From the NCBI GenBank assembly GCA_024704765.1, contig JAKMXF010000055.1:757400-821399 (forward strand): a stretch of DNA of 64,000 nt, read 5' to 3'. This DNA is from Oopsacas minuta. Lineage: Eukaryota > Animalia > Porifera. Below, piece by piece: positions 43,501-56,000 of the stretch. The notes under the pieces were generated by a model. That model had not been told where the DNA came from and did no database searches. It saw only the letters and a program-made list of their open reading frames with translations. The translations under genes and the position numbers were made by a program. The first letter of the stretch is position 1. The number at the start of each line of letters is the position of its first letter.

Positions 43501-46500
43501 AGAGGAGAAAACTTTCCCAACATGGTTATGTGACACCTAAAATTCAACAACATTTCAAGGTGATAACAAAAATCTGCATCAATAACACAGCCCTGCGAAA
43601 AAAATGTTATTTGCTGATTGTTATTGCAAAACATTTTCTAATCCACATTTTAATACTGATTTTGAATAATTTTGTAAAATATACGTATCACGTCTAGTTT
43701 TTTTGCAAAATTATTTTTAAATATTGGTATATTTATCGATGAATGCATGATACCTCTACAAGTAAAATAGTGAAAATCTACCATTTATAAATTTTTATTG
43801 ATAATATAATCTTAGTTAATAAATAATTTGAATATATTAGTCTGAATCAGGAGTAAATTTCCGTTTTTTGACATTCTAGCATGAATAACATCAATACAAT
43901 CTCTCTTGAGGCACCAGCAGTAATCAGCCATCATATGAACGTCCCACCTCCCGTGATATCGTGTTTCCATTGTTTTTATGTCTTGGTGGAATCGTTCACC
44001 TTGCTCCTCGGAAACAGCTCCAAGATTCTCTGGAAAATAGTCAATATGACTGTGAAGAAAGTGAACTTTTACACTCATATTGCAGCCGAGATTCTTGTAA
44101 GATTCAATCAACTCATTCACAAGTATTTTATAATTAGGAGATTTCGTATTTCCCAAGAAATTTTTCATGACATCTACAAATGCATTCCATGCACATTTTT
44201 CTTTGCATATCATAGAATTTGAAAAATTATCATCTCGAACATGTTGTCTTATCTGAGGACCGTCGAATATACCGGCTTTTCTTTTTTCATCACTTAGGTA
44301 GTAAAATTTCTCGGTAATATATTTGAAACAATTTCCTTCTTTATCTAATGCCCTTACAAACTGTTTCATCAATCCTAATTTTATATTAAGTGGTGGAAGC
44401 AAACTCTTGAGAGGATCCACTAGAGGCTCGTGAATAATGTTCTTATCTCCAACATTAAGATTGGTTCTAGCTGGCCAGCTCTTTCTAGAATAGTGTTCGC
44501 TCTTTGCACGACAGTCCCATAAGCATAAAAACAAGGGTATTTTGTATATCCTGATTGCTGTCCCAAAAGAATGCATATGATTTTTAAGTCACCACAGATT
44601 ACCCAATTGTGCAGGTTATAATTAATTTTATGAAGCACAATTTTCATGTTATCATATCGTTCCTTTAAACTTACTGAATGTCCAATTGGTATGGAACTAA
44701 ATTTGTTGCCATTATGAAGTAGAACACATTTCAAACTTCGTTTTGAACTATCAATAAAGAGTCTCCAATCATTAGGTACATACAGACATCCAAGAGCATT
44801 AACTAGCGGTGAAACATCATGACAAAACACAAATCCGTCTTCTATTATGAAATATTTCAAAAATTCGATCTCTCTGTCCCTATATGAGTAAAATTTTGTT
44901 TATGGGAGAAGCAAGTTTTTTTCTTTTAGCCTAGAACCTAACAACTCCGCAGATTCTTTAGGTAAATCTAAATCACGTACCAAATCATTTAATTCAGACT
45001 GATTAAATAACTGTGGAGAATTAGAACGAGATAATACACACGGAATAAAATACTCATCTTCTCTAATTAATGATTCTCAAGTTTCACAATCATCAATTTC
45101 CGAGATAACACCCAAATTAGTAAATTTTGGAACAGGTACATCAATAGAATGGGGAACGGGTCGTATTGCTGAATGTAAATTTGGATACTTGATCAATGAC
45201 TTGGTTTTAGCATTGAATCCGGAAATATTCGCCATACAAAAGTAACAATCGCTAATGTGATTTTGTGGCTCTCTCCATATCATTGGAATTCCAAAACTTA
45301 ACTCTTTCTGATTCCTTTTGTCCATTGTCTCAAATTTTCTACACAAGATCGGCACACTGTATGTGGAGCCCATGTTTTGTCTTGATCACCTAATCTCATT
45401 CCAAAATATTCTAAATATACTTTTTTAACAAATCCTGTTATTGCCGTAGTTTGTTTAGAAGTCATAAAACTCCCACAAATATAACAAAAGACGTATGGAT
45501 CATTACTGCACCTTCTCCGATAAGCCATATGATAATAAAATATCAAAATAGTAGACTATAGTACAATAAAGCTGTATATAACAAAATAAAAATAAAAATA
45601 TTATGTAGAAAAGAATGGAGTTAAAGGGACTAATTAGAAAATGCAATAAAGCACGCATCTGTTTATTTCAAAAGACAAAAAATTCACACATGTATCAAAT
45701 ATAATCATTCATTCTAGGGAAGTGTACTTAAAAAATCGACTTACATTAAAATGACATTTGAGTAAAAACGAGACGTGATAGGGGAATTCTGATGACAGAT
45801 TGAGAATCAGCATACTCAAGTTAACTAAAAACAACCCATGGATAATAATCAGCAAATTTGACGCAGGGCAGTGTAATCGATTCGGTATAAATTATTAATT
45901 TTGGGCCCAAATAGACCAATATACAGCCAGATTAAAATTAAATTAGGTTCGTATATTAATAGAATAGACTTTAAGGAGATATTCATAATCAGCGTACAAT
46001 TTCCTGCAATTAGGATGAGAAAATTAATATGCTTGGAAAACAATTTATTCTTTAACAACGTAGGAATGAGCTAAATTACATTCTCAAAAGTGTTCGGAAC
46101 ATGGTCAAGCTACCCATCAAATTGCTAGAAATTTGATACTAAGTACGAATCTGGTGGTGGCAAATTTTGATCGATGAGATTTGAAAGGTAATTCCTTAGG
46201 GGATCGAATGTAAATTCGCCAACAGCCGCTTTTGAAAATTAATTTTAGAAGGTCAATACGTTAACCCTTGTTCACGAAATTAACAACAGATATATTTACA
46301 TGGTTGTTCCAGCGGAAGTTTCGAGATTTGGAACTAGACTATGTGTGTTGATCCTCAATTACTAGGCGCTCGGCCAAACAATCTGCATATCATGCGAATG
46401 TTAGGTCAATCACTCAGTCTGATTCCAGATTCGTAATTATGATCAACATTTTCCATATATGTCCCAGAATAATCAAACAAAATATTATCTATTTATCATA

Positions 46501-46941
46501 ACAAAATTATAGTCAAAGAACGGACCCTGATTGAAGAAAATTATTCAGTCACTGCTAAAATTTGCATACAAATAATACTGATAGCCCCTATTCTTGGGAG
46601 GTAATAAAGTAAACAGTAAGATCTAGAGTACATCTCATGTCAAATTTGCATTATGTGTACAGCAAACAGCAGCATACAGATTTCCTATTAAGGGTCTAAA
46701 TGCTAATGCTTAATATTTTCAACTCATGACACATAATGGAACTATACGATTGACACCCATTAAATATGTTGATAGATTTCGCTGAATGAAAGAGGGTTGT
46801 GAATTTTCAAACTTATTATTGAGCATTTTGATAGAAATTATAGAATCTTTTATCAGAATACGTTGATTAGGAATTTTGATGCTAGATATCCTCTGAATAA
46901 TAATGTTTTATTGTGTTAACCATCAAAAAGGGACCGGGTTG

Positions 46942-47022
<81 letters not shown>

Positions 47023-50000
47023 GATAACTCAAATATTGATCTTACCCTGCACAGACAAAAGGATTCAGCCATGTCAAAATTTTCGAGATTATTTGTATGA
47101 AAATTTAGATACAGCTGAATTTCTGTGGGAAATCGCATGGCAATCCAAACATGGGAATCCTGAAGTTCCATATAGAATCAAATGGGAATTCCAAAACCTA
47201 TAGGATAGCTAATAATATCTACTTTGAATTTTAAATGCATTCACAATTATGTAAAATGAATTACACATTTCTATGCAACCACAATATATTTTCCATTTCA
47301 TATACCTAGTAGTATATCTTGGAATCTTTTAAGATCATGTGAGAATCCTATAGGAATTCTTAAGAGTTCCCCCATGAGAATTCCCATAGGATTTCATATG
47401 GGATTTAGGAATTCCCATAGGATAACAATCATTCCCATTCTCATTCAATTCCCACGGGAACTCTGAGTCTATTATACAGCAAGTTATAAAACGCCTTAGT
47501 CAAGAGAGTCCATGCTCTTAAAAATTTAGGACATATATTACAATATTTTATCAAATTTTAAATATTTGAAATACAAATATTTGTATAAGTAATTGCCGTA
47601 ATTGGATCTATTCATACTGAAAGAATAAATATCGAGCAAAATGCAATCAAACCAAATACAAATTTACAGAGGTTATTATGATGAACATAAAATAATATCT
47701 GAATAATTTAAGGAACACTACTAGTGTCGTGGATTTGAAGTATATGTTCAAATATATAAATCTCGCTGAAACATCTCAAATATAAAATTATCGAGGGCCA
47801 AGGGTAGGCACCAATGTGGTGTCAGGACAACTAACGCCAAGGACGAATTTAGCATTACTTTCCATAGAAATGATTTGGAAATCCAACCTGGACACATAAC
47901 ATTCTAGATAATAGGCGGAGATGGCCATGATATCGCTTCAAAAATTACAAACACGAAAAATGCATATTTGTTAGACAAAATACCGTTCTTAGCACATGCC
48001 ATTTATACTTTCTACATGTCTCCATTATAGTAGAATACATTTAGGCTACTGGAAAGCTCTAACGACCAACCTTCAAATGCTTTAAATCATAAAATTGAAT
48101 CATTAGTATCAATAGTTTACTTTCAAAATCATAATTTCAGATATTTTATAACTATTCCACGAATTTATTGGCATCATTCATATAAATATAACCATGAAGT
48201 TCATAAGGCTTGATCGAAGAACTGATGTCTAATTTATCCATTGCTCATGAAAAGAACAAATACCCTAAGGTAGATCCACATTAAACTATACTTGTTAGTA
48301 TTCACTCTGAAAATCCCGGATATCCTTTTTCACATTTAGATACATATTTTGGTATGTTTGGGAATGGTAGAAAAAACTTGGAGACCCCAGGGATTCTTAA
48401 ACCTGTACATATTTGGCCTCGCTCGAAGAACATCGAATTTTGGAATAAATTTTATATATTGAAGGAAGTATGAAGTTATGGAACTTCGAAGAATATAATA
48501 TTAGCAAAGGCTCAGCAATATACATGTTAGGTTGTCATTCCAATTACACGCACACCTCAATATCCCATATCTCACGCCCATGAATTTTAACAAACAAAAA
48601 TTTCTCAATGAATGTATAATGTTCAAAGCAGTTATAAAAATAGAAGTATTTAAAAATGTCGTAAATATTGAGAATTTGTTGATCTTCTGGATAAAGTATC
48701 GAGAATGAAGACAATGGCACAAGAAGCTTAAGTCATCACATAAACCAAGAAATAAAATTAGATGAACCATGTATAATAAAATTATGGATTTACGATATCT
48801 AGTGAAATCGAAGCAAGTAGTACTGTATATATCGAGTTGCGTAACGACCTGAAGAAATGGGCAATAAACAGCTTTCTATTTAAGTAAAATCCTAGGCACA
48901 AAGGTGATTCATAGCGGCTTATCTGACGAAGCGCTCTTGCCTATGAATATGTAGAACATGTATAAATCAGTGGTGTCAACATCGTAAATAATAACACTTT
49001 GGAATTAGTGACCAAGAAATTGTCTGAGGAAAATCTTCTTCGAAGAGAACAAATTCGAGGTTATTGCCCTTACCGCCCAAAAAAAGCCTAATATTCGAAT
49101 ACTTGGATCCAATAGTAAAATAACACAATTGGGGACATAAAATCTCCTAAAATACATAGAAGATTTATAGACATGTTTGGACATCATAAATGAGAATATT
49201 TTACTATATGTACCATCAGTAAATAGCATAATGCATTTGTGAATAGAATTTGTGATTCCTTATATAACAATAGTGGTAAAAACGATTCAAATAGAATAAT
49301 ACTTAAATATATTTACCTGGTAATAGATTCCTACAAATACGTCGAATTATTCGAGTGATTGGCATAAGATCAAGTTCCAAGATAAATGCATTCTGGAGGA
49401 AAAGCACATCGTCGTCAAGAACACAAGAATGTGAATAGATATCTGTGATATTAGAATCTTGTAACTCAAACACGTTGGATGGGTTAGATTGTTCCAAATT
49501 TGATTCAAAGAGAGATTCATCCAACAAGCTAAGAGGAAATTCAGCAAATATAATAAACAATTAGAACCAAATATGAAGGATATGTGAACAATATAAGGTC
49601 ATTGTATACGAAATGTAAAAGTATACTTCACTAAATAATTTGACCTAGCCATTGACGCGAAAAGGGATTAACCAAGAGAAGAGATTTGGAGGTTGTACGC
49701 ATATTTAGAGTATATAAAAGGGTTTCACTTAATTATGTTTAAATGACTATTCAGATTTATAAACTATAAACTCATTGAAATGGGATTTTTGCTATTGGTG
49801 AGGAATACTGGAGTCCATTTAATTAAATTTAGGCTACGTTAAAGACCGTTGCCATGGCTTTGAGATAAGTTCTGGCCCGACCTTCTCGCTGGAAAAGAGA
49901 GAAAACTTCACCGTATCAGTTTGACGGCAAGTGATTTCTCAAAGCATAATAAAAATTTGGAGGAAATAAATAACAATGTATTAAAAAATCTTGGTAGGTT

Positions 50001-53000
50001 GAAACATTCGAAATTGCCCCTTAAAATTCAAACTAAATGGCTAAAAGAAATATAATCGTAGCATTAACCAAATTTTGCAGCTAAATATCCGAGAAAAGTG
50101 AAAATATTAATGTTATCTAAGCAATAGCCTACTAAAAAAAGGCCTGATCACTAGTTCGACCAAAAGTAAGAGGAAGTGGATATATTCTTGTGTGAAATTC
50201 TATGATCACCAAAATATGAAACTAGTATATTTTCATCCAAAAAATGTCTTATTGATATGCCAGAATTCCCAAAATTCATATTTGGGAAAATTTTCAAATC
50301 GAAATGACGTCACTTGTCAGCTTAACAAGCATATATATATTTTCAAAACTACTCCATCTTGAAATCATGTAGAACGGAAGTAATAATCAATGTTCAAAAT
50401 GTTAAAATGACAAATGATCTAATCTGTGTAGAAAATATATGAATATTTCACGATAAATTTCGCAAATTTCTCATTTCATGAATGTCACATGTGTTTGCGA
50501 ATATCCATTCAGAAATCGATAATCGTGGAAATTACGGTAAATCAGGATAGCCATTATATAGTATAGGCCCAACTTAAATATCCTTGTGATACATTTTTAT
50601 ATGATATCTCCTACCAATATGACATAATCATGAATATGTTGATAAATGGTCATTTTTTAATTCAGCACAAAAAGAGAGATATTATATCAAGATGCATTAC
50701 AAGAGGAATGAAAAGTTTGCTGTGATATTGCAGTGTATTAAGATTTTCTTGTGTACGTGTACAACCAATATTTCAGTCGTTGTACGCGTATACACTAAAT
50801 ACTTGGCGTGTAACTCACGAATATTTTTTAGTGTATTAGAGTTTACCATAGGATATGAGTTGTTTATTTAATACCCTGTGTATTTCTAAGATTGTTAATG
50901 TCGATGCTATCCCAAGAGCTTAGTATGGCATTTCACAACTCTGAGTGATTGGATGGACTTTTCTCTTTGAATTCTGAGGGAAATGTGATCCCACAGATTC
51001 TCAATCGGATTTAGATCAGGTGACTGAGCAGGCCAATTCATAACCTCTATTTTTCCTCATCAAAACATTGCTTAGTACCCTTTGACCTATGGCATGGGGC
51101 GTTGTCCTGCTGAAAGGTCCAGCCAGAATGTAGAGAATGCAAATCAACGCTTGGGATTAGTGCATTTTCCAATATATCAATGTAGGAATTTGTCTTGAGG
51201 TTTGCAGCTACTTCCGACAATAGTCCTACGTCACTTCAACAAAAGCATCCCCAAACCATGATGCCAGCTCCCCAAACTTGCAAGTTATTTGAAGACACCT
51301 CTCTGGGAACTCATCCCCTTTCATCCACCTGACTTAGGCCCTTGCGTCATTAGTATACAGAATGAACCTCGATTCGTCACTGAACACAACTCTTGCCCAT
51401 TCTTCAGTTTTCCCATTCTTGTGCGATCTTACGAAGGAAAGTGGTCTCTTTTGTGCTTGGTAGTAAGGCGGGCTTCCTTCGCGGTTTCCTGTTCGAACAG
51501 TCCAGTCCCTCGTAACCTTCTCAGGACTGTTGAGTGGAAAGCCTTATAGAATATTCTGATAATACTTCAGCTTTGATCTGAGTAGCAGTCTTAGGTCAAT
51601 CCTCTTTGCACTTTCTGACTAATAAAGTGACTCGCATTTTGGTTGTGACACGAGGCCTACCCGGAATAGCGAGGTCTCTTACCGAGCCAGTCAGCCTGTG
51701 TTTCTTCAGGATCTCGGCTACACTTTTTGGCTACACCCAATCATTATAGCTACTTCCCTCTGAGTGTGGCCAAATTCTGAAAGCAGTATCAAGTTGGCTT
51801 GAATATCATGGTAATTCGGGGTTTCGAAGGTATTGAAAATTCGATATAAAAGAATTCAACTGAAATCGCTAAGTTGTACAAATATAATGAGTGGATTAGC
51901 TGTGTTGGTGTGTTACTTGTCAAAATACATATGTATGAGTATGGCTTCGCCAGAATTCAAGTATCTGGTCACTGTATACAATTGGACATCACTATACTAT
52001 GTAAATTCATTCTGAGCGATTCTTTTTGTACGGGACTGCATATACAAATATGCAATCATTACCATCCATATTTAGAAAGGATTCAATTATTATTGTTAGC
52101 TGTTGATTGAGTAAAAAGATATAACAAATTCTGACGTTTACGAAGAAAGTTATACAGTATTTTAACAAAAACTCCCAAAAATTATAGTAAAGTTCGACAA
52201 TAATTCCTTAACTCATTGTTTGGAAATAATAACAATTTGAAATTATAAATATAGGCTAGGCTACAGTGCCAGAAATTTACCAAAAGATTATTGTTAATGT
52301 GCCGGTAACGACACATTTTATGGAAATGCTTTGGTGACATTGCCGGCATGGAAATCTCTCTTCTTATAGTGTCAGCAACTGCAAATTTAAAATTGCCACT
52401 AAAATACAGGAAAAATAGTTTACCAATTTGTATAAAACAAAGTACTAACCACTGAATGGTAAAATTGGCGAATTAGGTATTTAGGTGTGTGCTAGCTCTG
52501 CATAATATATTATTTATATATGGGTTACCGGCCAAACTAGTCGATTAAACTTATCAGAATTATAAATGGCCTCGAGTTTTTCTGGAATTACGTAATACTA
52601 GCTTAATAACATATGGCCAATTTTATCCTGCGTAATTTTTAAGTGATAAGCATCTAATTCTGTATATTATGTTACTATATCAATTTAATATGTTGGCATA
52701 TACAAAATTACTAATTAATATACTATATTAAGGGCATGAGTTAAGTATTAACGTTTCCACCATTATTTCTTGTTCAGATAGTTGATTTGATTCCTTTCAA
52801 CCTCTGATATTTCCCGATATTGAGCAAGGAATGCATAAGATGTCAATTACATTGTCTTCAAAGGAACATTTACGAGCAAGCTTCTCCCTATATCTTCTTA
52901 CGTGTTTGTTTACGGAATCTTCAGATGAGGTCTTCACTGCGAAACTGTCATTGAATTCACTGATTAATTCTGAAGAATGTGCGAGTAATTTATGAAGAGA

Positions 53001-56000
53001 ACGGCGTTATGGTTGCCCAACGAAATTTACAAGGTATTCCCTCATAAGTATCTTTGCAAATGGAATAGAGTTTCTCAGTATTTATCCTTTTATGAGAATT
53101 ATAGACCGAAATATTAGTGAGATATATGTGTGAATAGTGCTAAGAGCAAGAGGATCTTCTTCAATCATCGTGGATGGAGCACAAGCAATAAAATATTCTT
53201 CATTGAGAAAACATTTTCTTGCGATATTACCAGTGTTAGTGCACCGTCATCACCGGATGGATAATCTATTCGAAACCCAGTCTTCTCAAGCAAGAGATTA
53301 CGCATTCGATGCATTGAACTTTTAGCTAGATAATGTGAAGGCAGCCATTTCTTCATTCCGCCATCCAAATGATATACCAATATCATATACCAGCAAAAGA
53401 CACACAAATGACTATGAAGAGGGCATGGGAGATGAATAAATGGGAGATGAAAATTTCATCAGATATTGAAAATGGAATACAAGGATATTTGGTCTTTTTC
53501 AACAATATTTCAAAATATATCCTAGGAATGCACTGATTGTCAGCATAAAAGCAGTTTCTAGATAATACTATTTTGGTATTTCGATTACATACTTGTATTT
53601 CAATCTTCAGATGAGCAAATTAGCAAATAAAATATTAATTTCAAATATACTTTAGAAGGGGACTAATTGTTATTCCCACTTGGGTGATGTGCATATAGTT
53701 ACAGGAGGTGATTCATAGCTGTAGGTTGTAGAATCGTAATGTAAAGTGTTAAATTGGTTTGTAACATGAGTAATGCTGTTAAGGAATTTACTTGTTACAG
53801 TCGATCCCACTTATTATCATACCACTCATGCTTGACTGCTTTATGACATTATCAGGATTTTCAATAATCCGGGAAGTTTCCCGCAAAAGGTTATACCCTC
53901 GCGCGAATGTGACTTAATCGGGGTAATCTCAGAATACTATTGGTATCTAAAATATGCAAATTTGTATTCAGACAATATGGCAATACACGTAGAGACAAAT
54001 ATATGCAAATGGATTCACACTTTTAACTTATGCACAAATATGTGCACTTCAAATAAAGTGTAAATGACTCTCAATTTTATTATTTTCTGTAGGGGATGTC
54101 AAATCATACCACATTTTTACAACAATATCCGAGGTATTCAATAACAAATAATAACGAAAATGGTTTTGGATTTCGACCATTGTGGTGATAAGCGGGATAT
54201 TTACCAAGCGGTATGAAATAGTTAATGGATCCATTGTCAATGTTTGCTGCCGATCATCGGTAAATTCATTCGTTACCATATTGTCACTTAAAAGAATACA
54301 AAGCTAGAATGTAACAACTAAATCCTTACATTTTGCTTCAATCAAATCATAAAGATAGAAAATATCAGTTTCAACTGTAGAATGAAGATTTATTGGTAGA
54401 TCAATATTATGTATTTACATATAGAATAGGGACTGAAATTCATACACTGGATTACTTATAATTTTCTACGTGGCAGCAGGTGTTGAAATAACATATCGCT
54501 CATGTATGTATGGATATAGATAACCATATATTAGTACATAGAATCGAAAGTCCAGGAATAATAGTCATAATGTTCAACTACCGAGTGTTCAATAAGTTCG
54601 CAGAATCTACATGAAGTTCATTTAGTAGCTTTAATGTTAATTAAGCATAAGTAGTATAACTAGCAAATGAATAGTAGATAAATTTCAACTTTCTAAGTAG
54701 TTTACTTTTTCTGGTACACTCAATTTAGTCAAGTCATTTTCAAATTGTGAATTTTCAATGGAGAATTTGAATAACAGGGATTTTCGAGCCATACGGTTTT
54801 ACAATTATAAGCGTGGGATAAACGCTATGGAGTGCTCGCTGAGATGTTTTCTGTTTTTGGAGAACAGTCTCCAACCAAAATAAGCATCTCCAAGTGGTAC
54901 AACCGATTTGGTTTGGGATACATGTGCTTGGATGATGATGTTCGAACCAGACGCCCGATTAGGGCGGCCACCGATGAAAATATCACCAAGGTGGAGGAAC
55001 TGGTAAGAGAGGATAGACAAAGTACTATCCATCAGTTAGTTCACGATGGATAAGTATCATCGGGAACAATAGAAACAAACCTACACCAACACCTTGGACT
55101 AAAAAGGGCTTGTTCCAAGTTAGTCTCACATTTGCTAACTTTGGGGCAGAAAAATCATCAGATCCAATTTTGTCCCTCTATGTTACTAAAGTACTCAAAG
55201 CAGATTATTGGCGGCATTCAGAAGTAATTACGGGTGATGAAACTTGGGTCTACTTCTATGACATGCAAACGAAGCAACAGAGCTCTAAATGGATCTTTGA
55301 GGATGAGGTACCGGACACAATTCCCAAACGATTCATGGCGATCGACAACGAATGTTCGCAATTATCTTCACCAAGAGAGGACTTGTTGAATTTGTGATGC
55401 TTCCAGCGAAGCATACAGATACTGCAGCTTGGTACACCGAATGTTGCCTTCCTAAGGTGTTCCAAGCAGTGGAGACGTTGAGACCAAAGTCTGGGATCCG
55501 TGGGATGAAATTTCATCATGATAATGCTCCAGCACACACAGCCAGAAGGACCAAAGAGTTTCTTAGGCAATCAGGCTAAGAAATGATTGAACATCCACCT
55601 TACAGCCCAGATCTTACCCCTTGTGAATTTTGGCTGTTCCCGAATCTAAAAAGACAACTAAATGGCAGACGTTTTGAATCAGAATCCGAGTTAATCGCTA
55701 CGTTTTAGAGGCAGTTGAGTATATACCAGTAAGTAGCTATTCTAAGCTATTTGACATGTGGTTACATCGCTGTCAAAGGTGTATTGATGCTAATGGGGAG
55801 TATTTTGAACATGTATTATAGTAACTTGTTAGTTCACTGTAGTGGAAACATATTTTTTCCGCGAACTTATTGAACACTCGGTATAATTCGCGGTTGGGGA
55901 AGGGAAAATTTAATTGCTATGGAATTACCAATGAGAAAACTTATGGGAATTAAAGATATTATGTAGCATGCCAATTTCATCCTCATGAAATGAGGGAATT

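Noticed and set aside
5374-44222. Antisense and alternate-frame ORFs over transposases (e.g. 5374..5634, 8851..9117, 9534..9752, 15320..15502, 43881..44222)
   Set aside because: Shadow ORFs of codon-biased transposase sequence.
46903-47171. Poly-Thr and poly-Val ORFs from (ACT)27 inside huntingtin, suggesting a parallel to the human CAG repeat
   Set aside because: The repeat is intronic, is not CAG, and is open in several frames only because of the triplet period. The polyQ-bearing first exon would lie beyond 64000.
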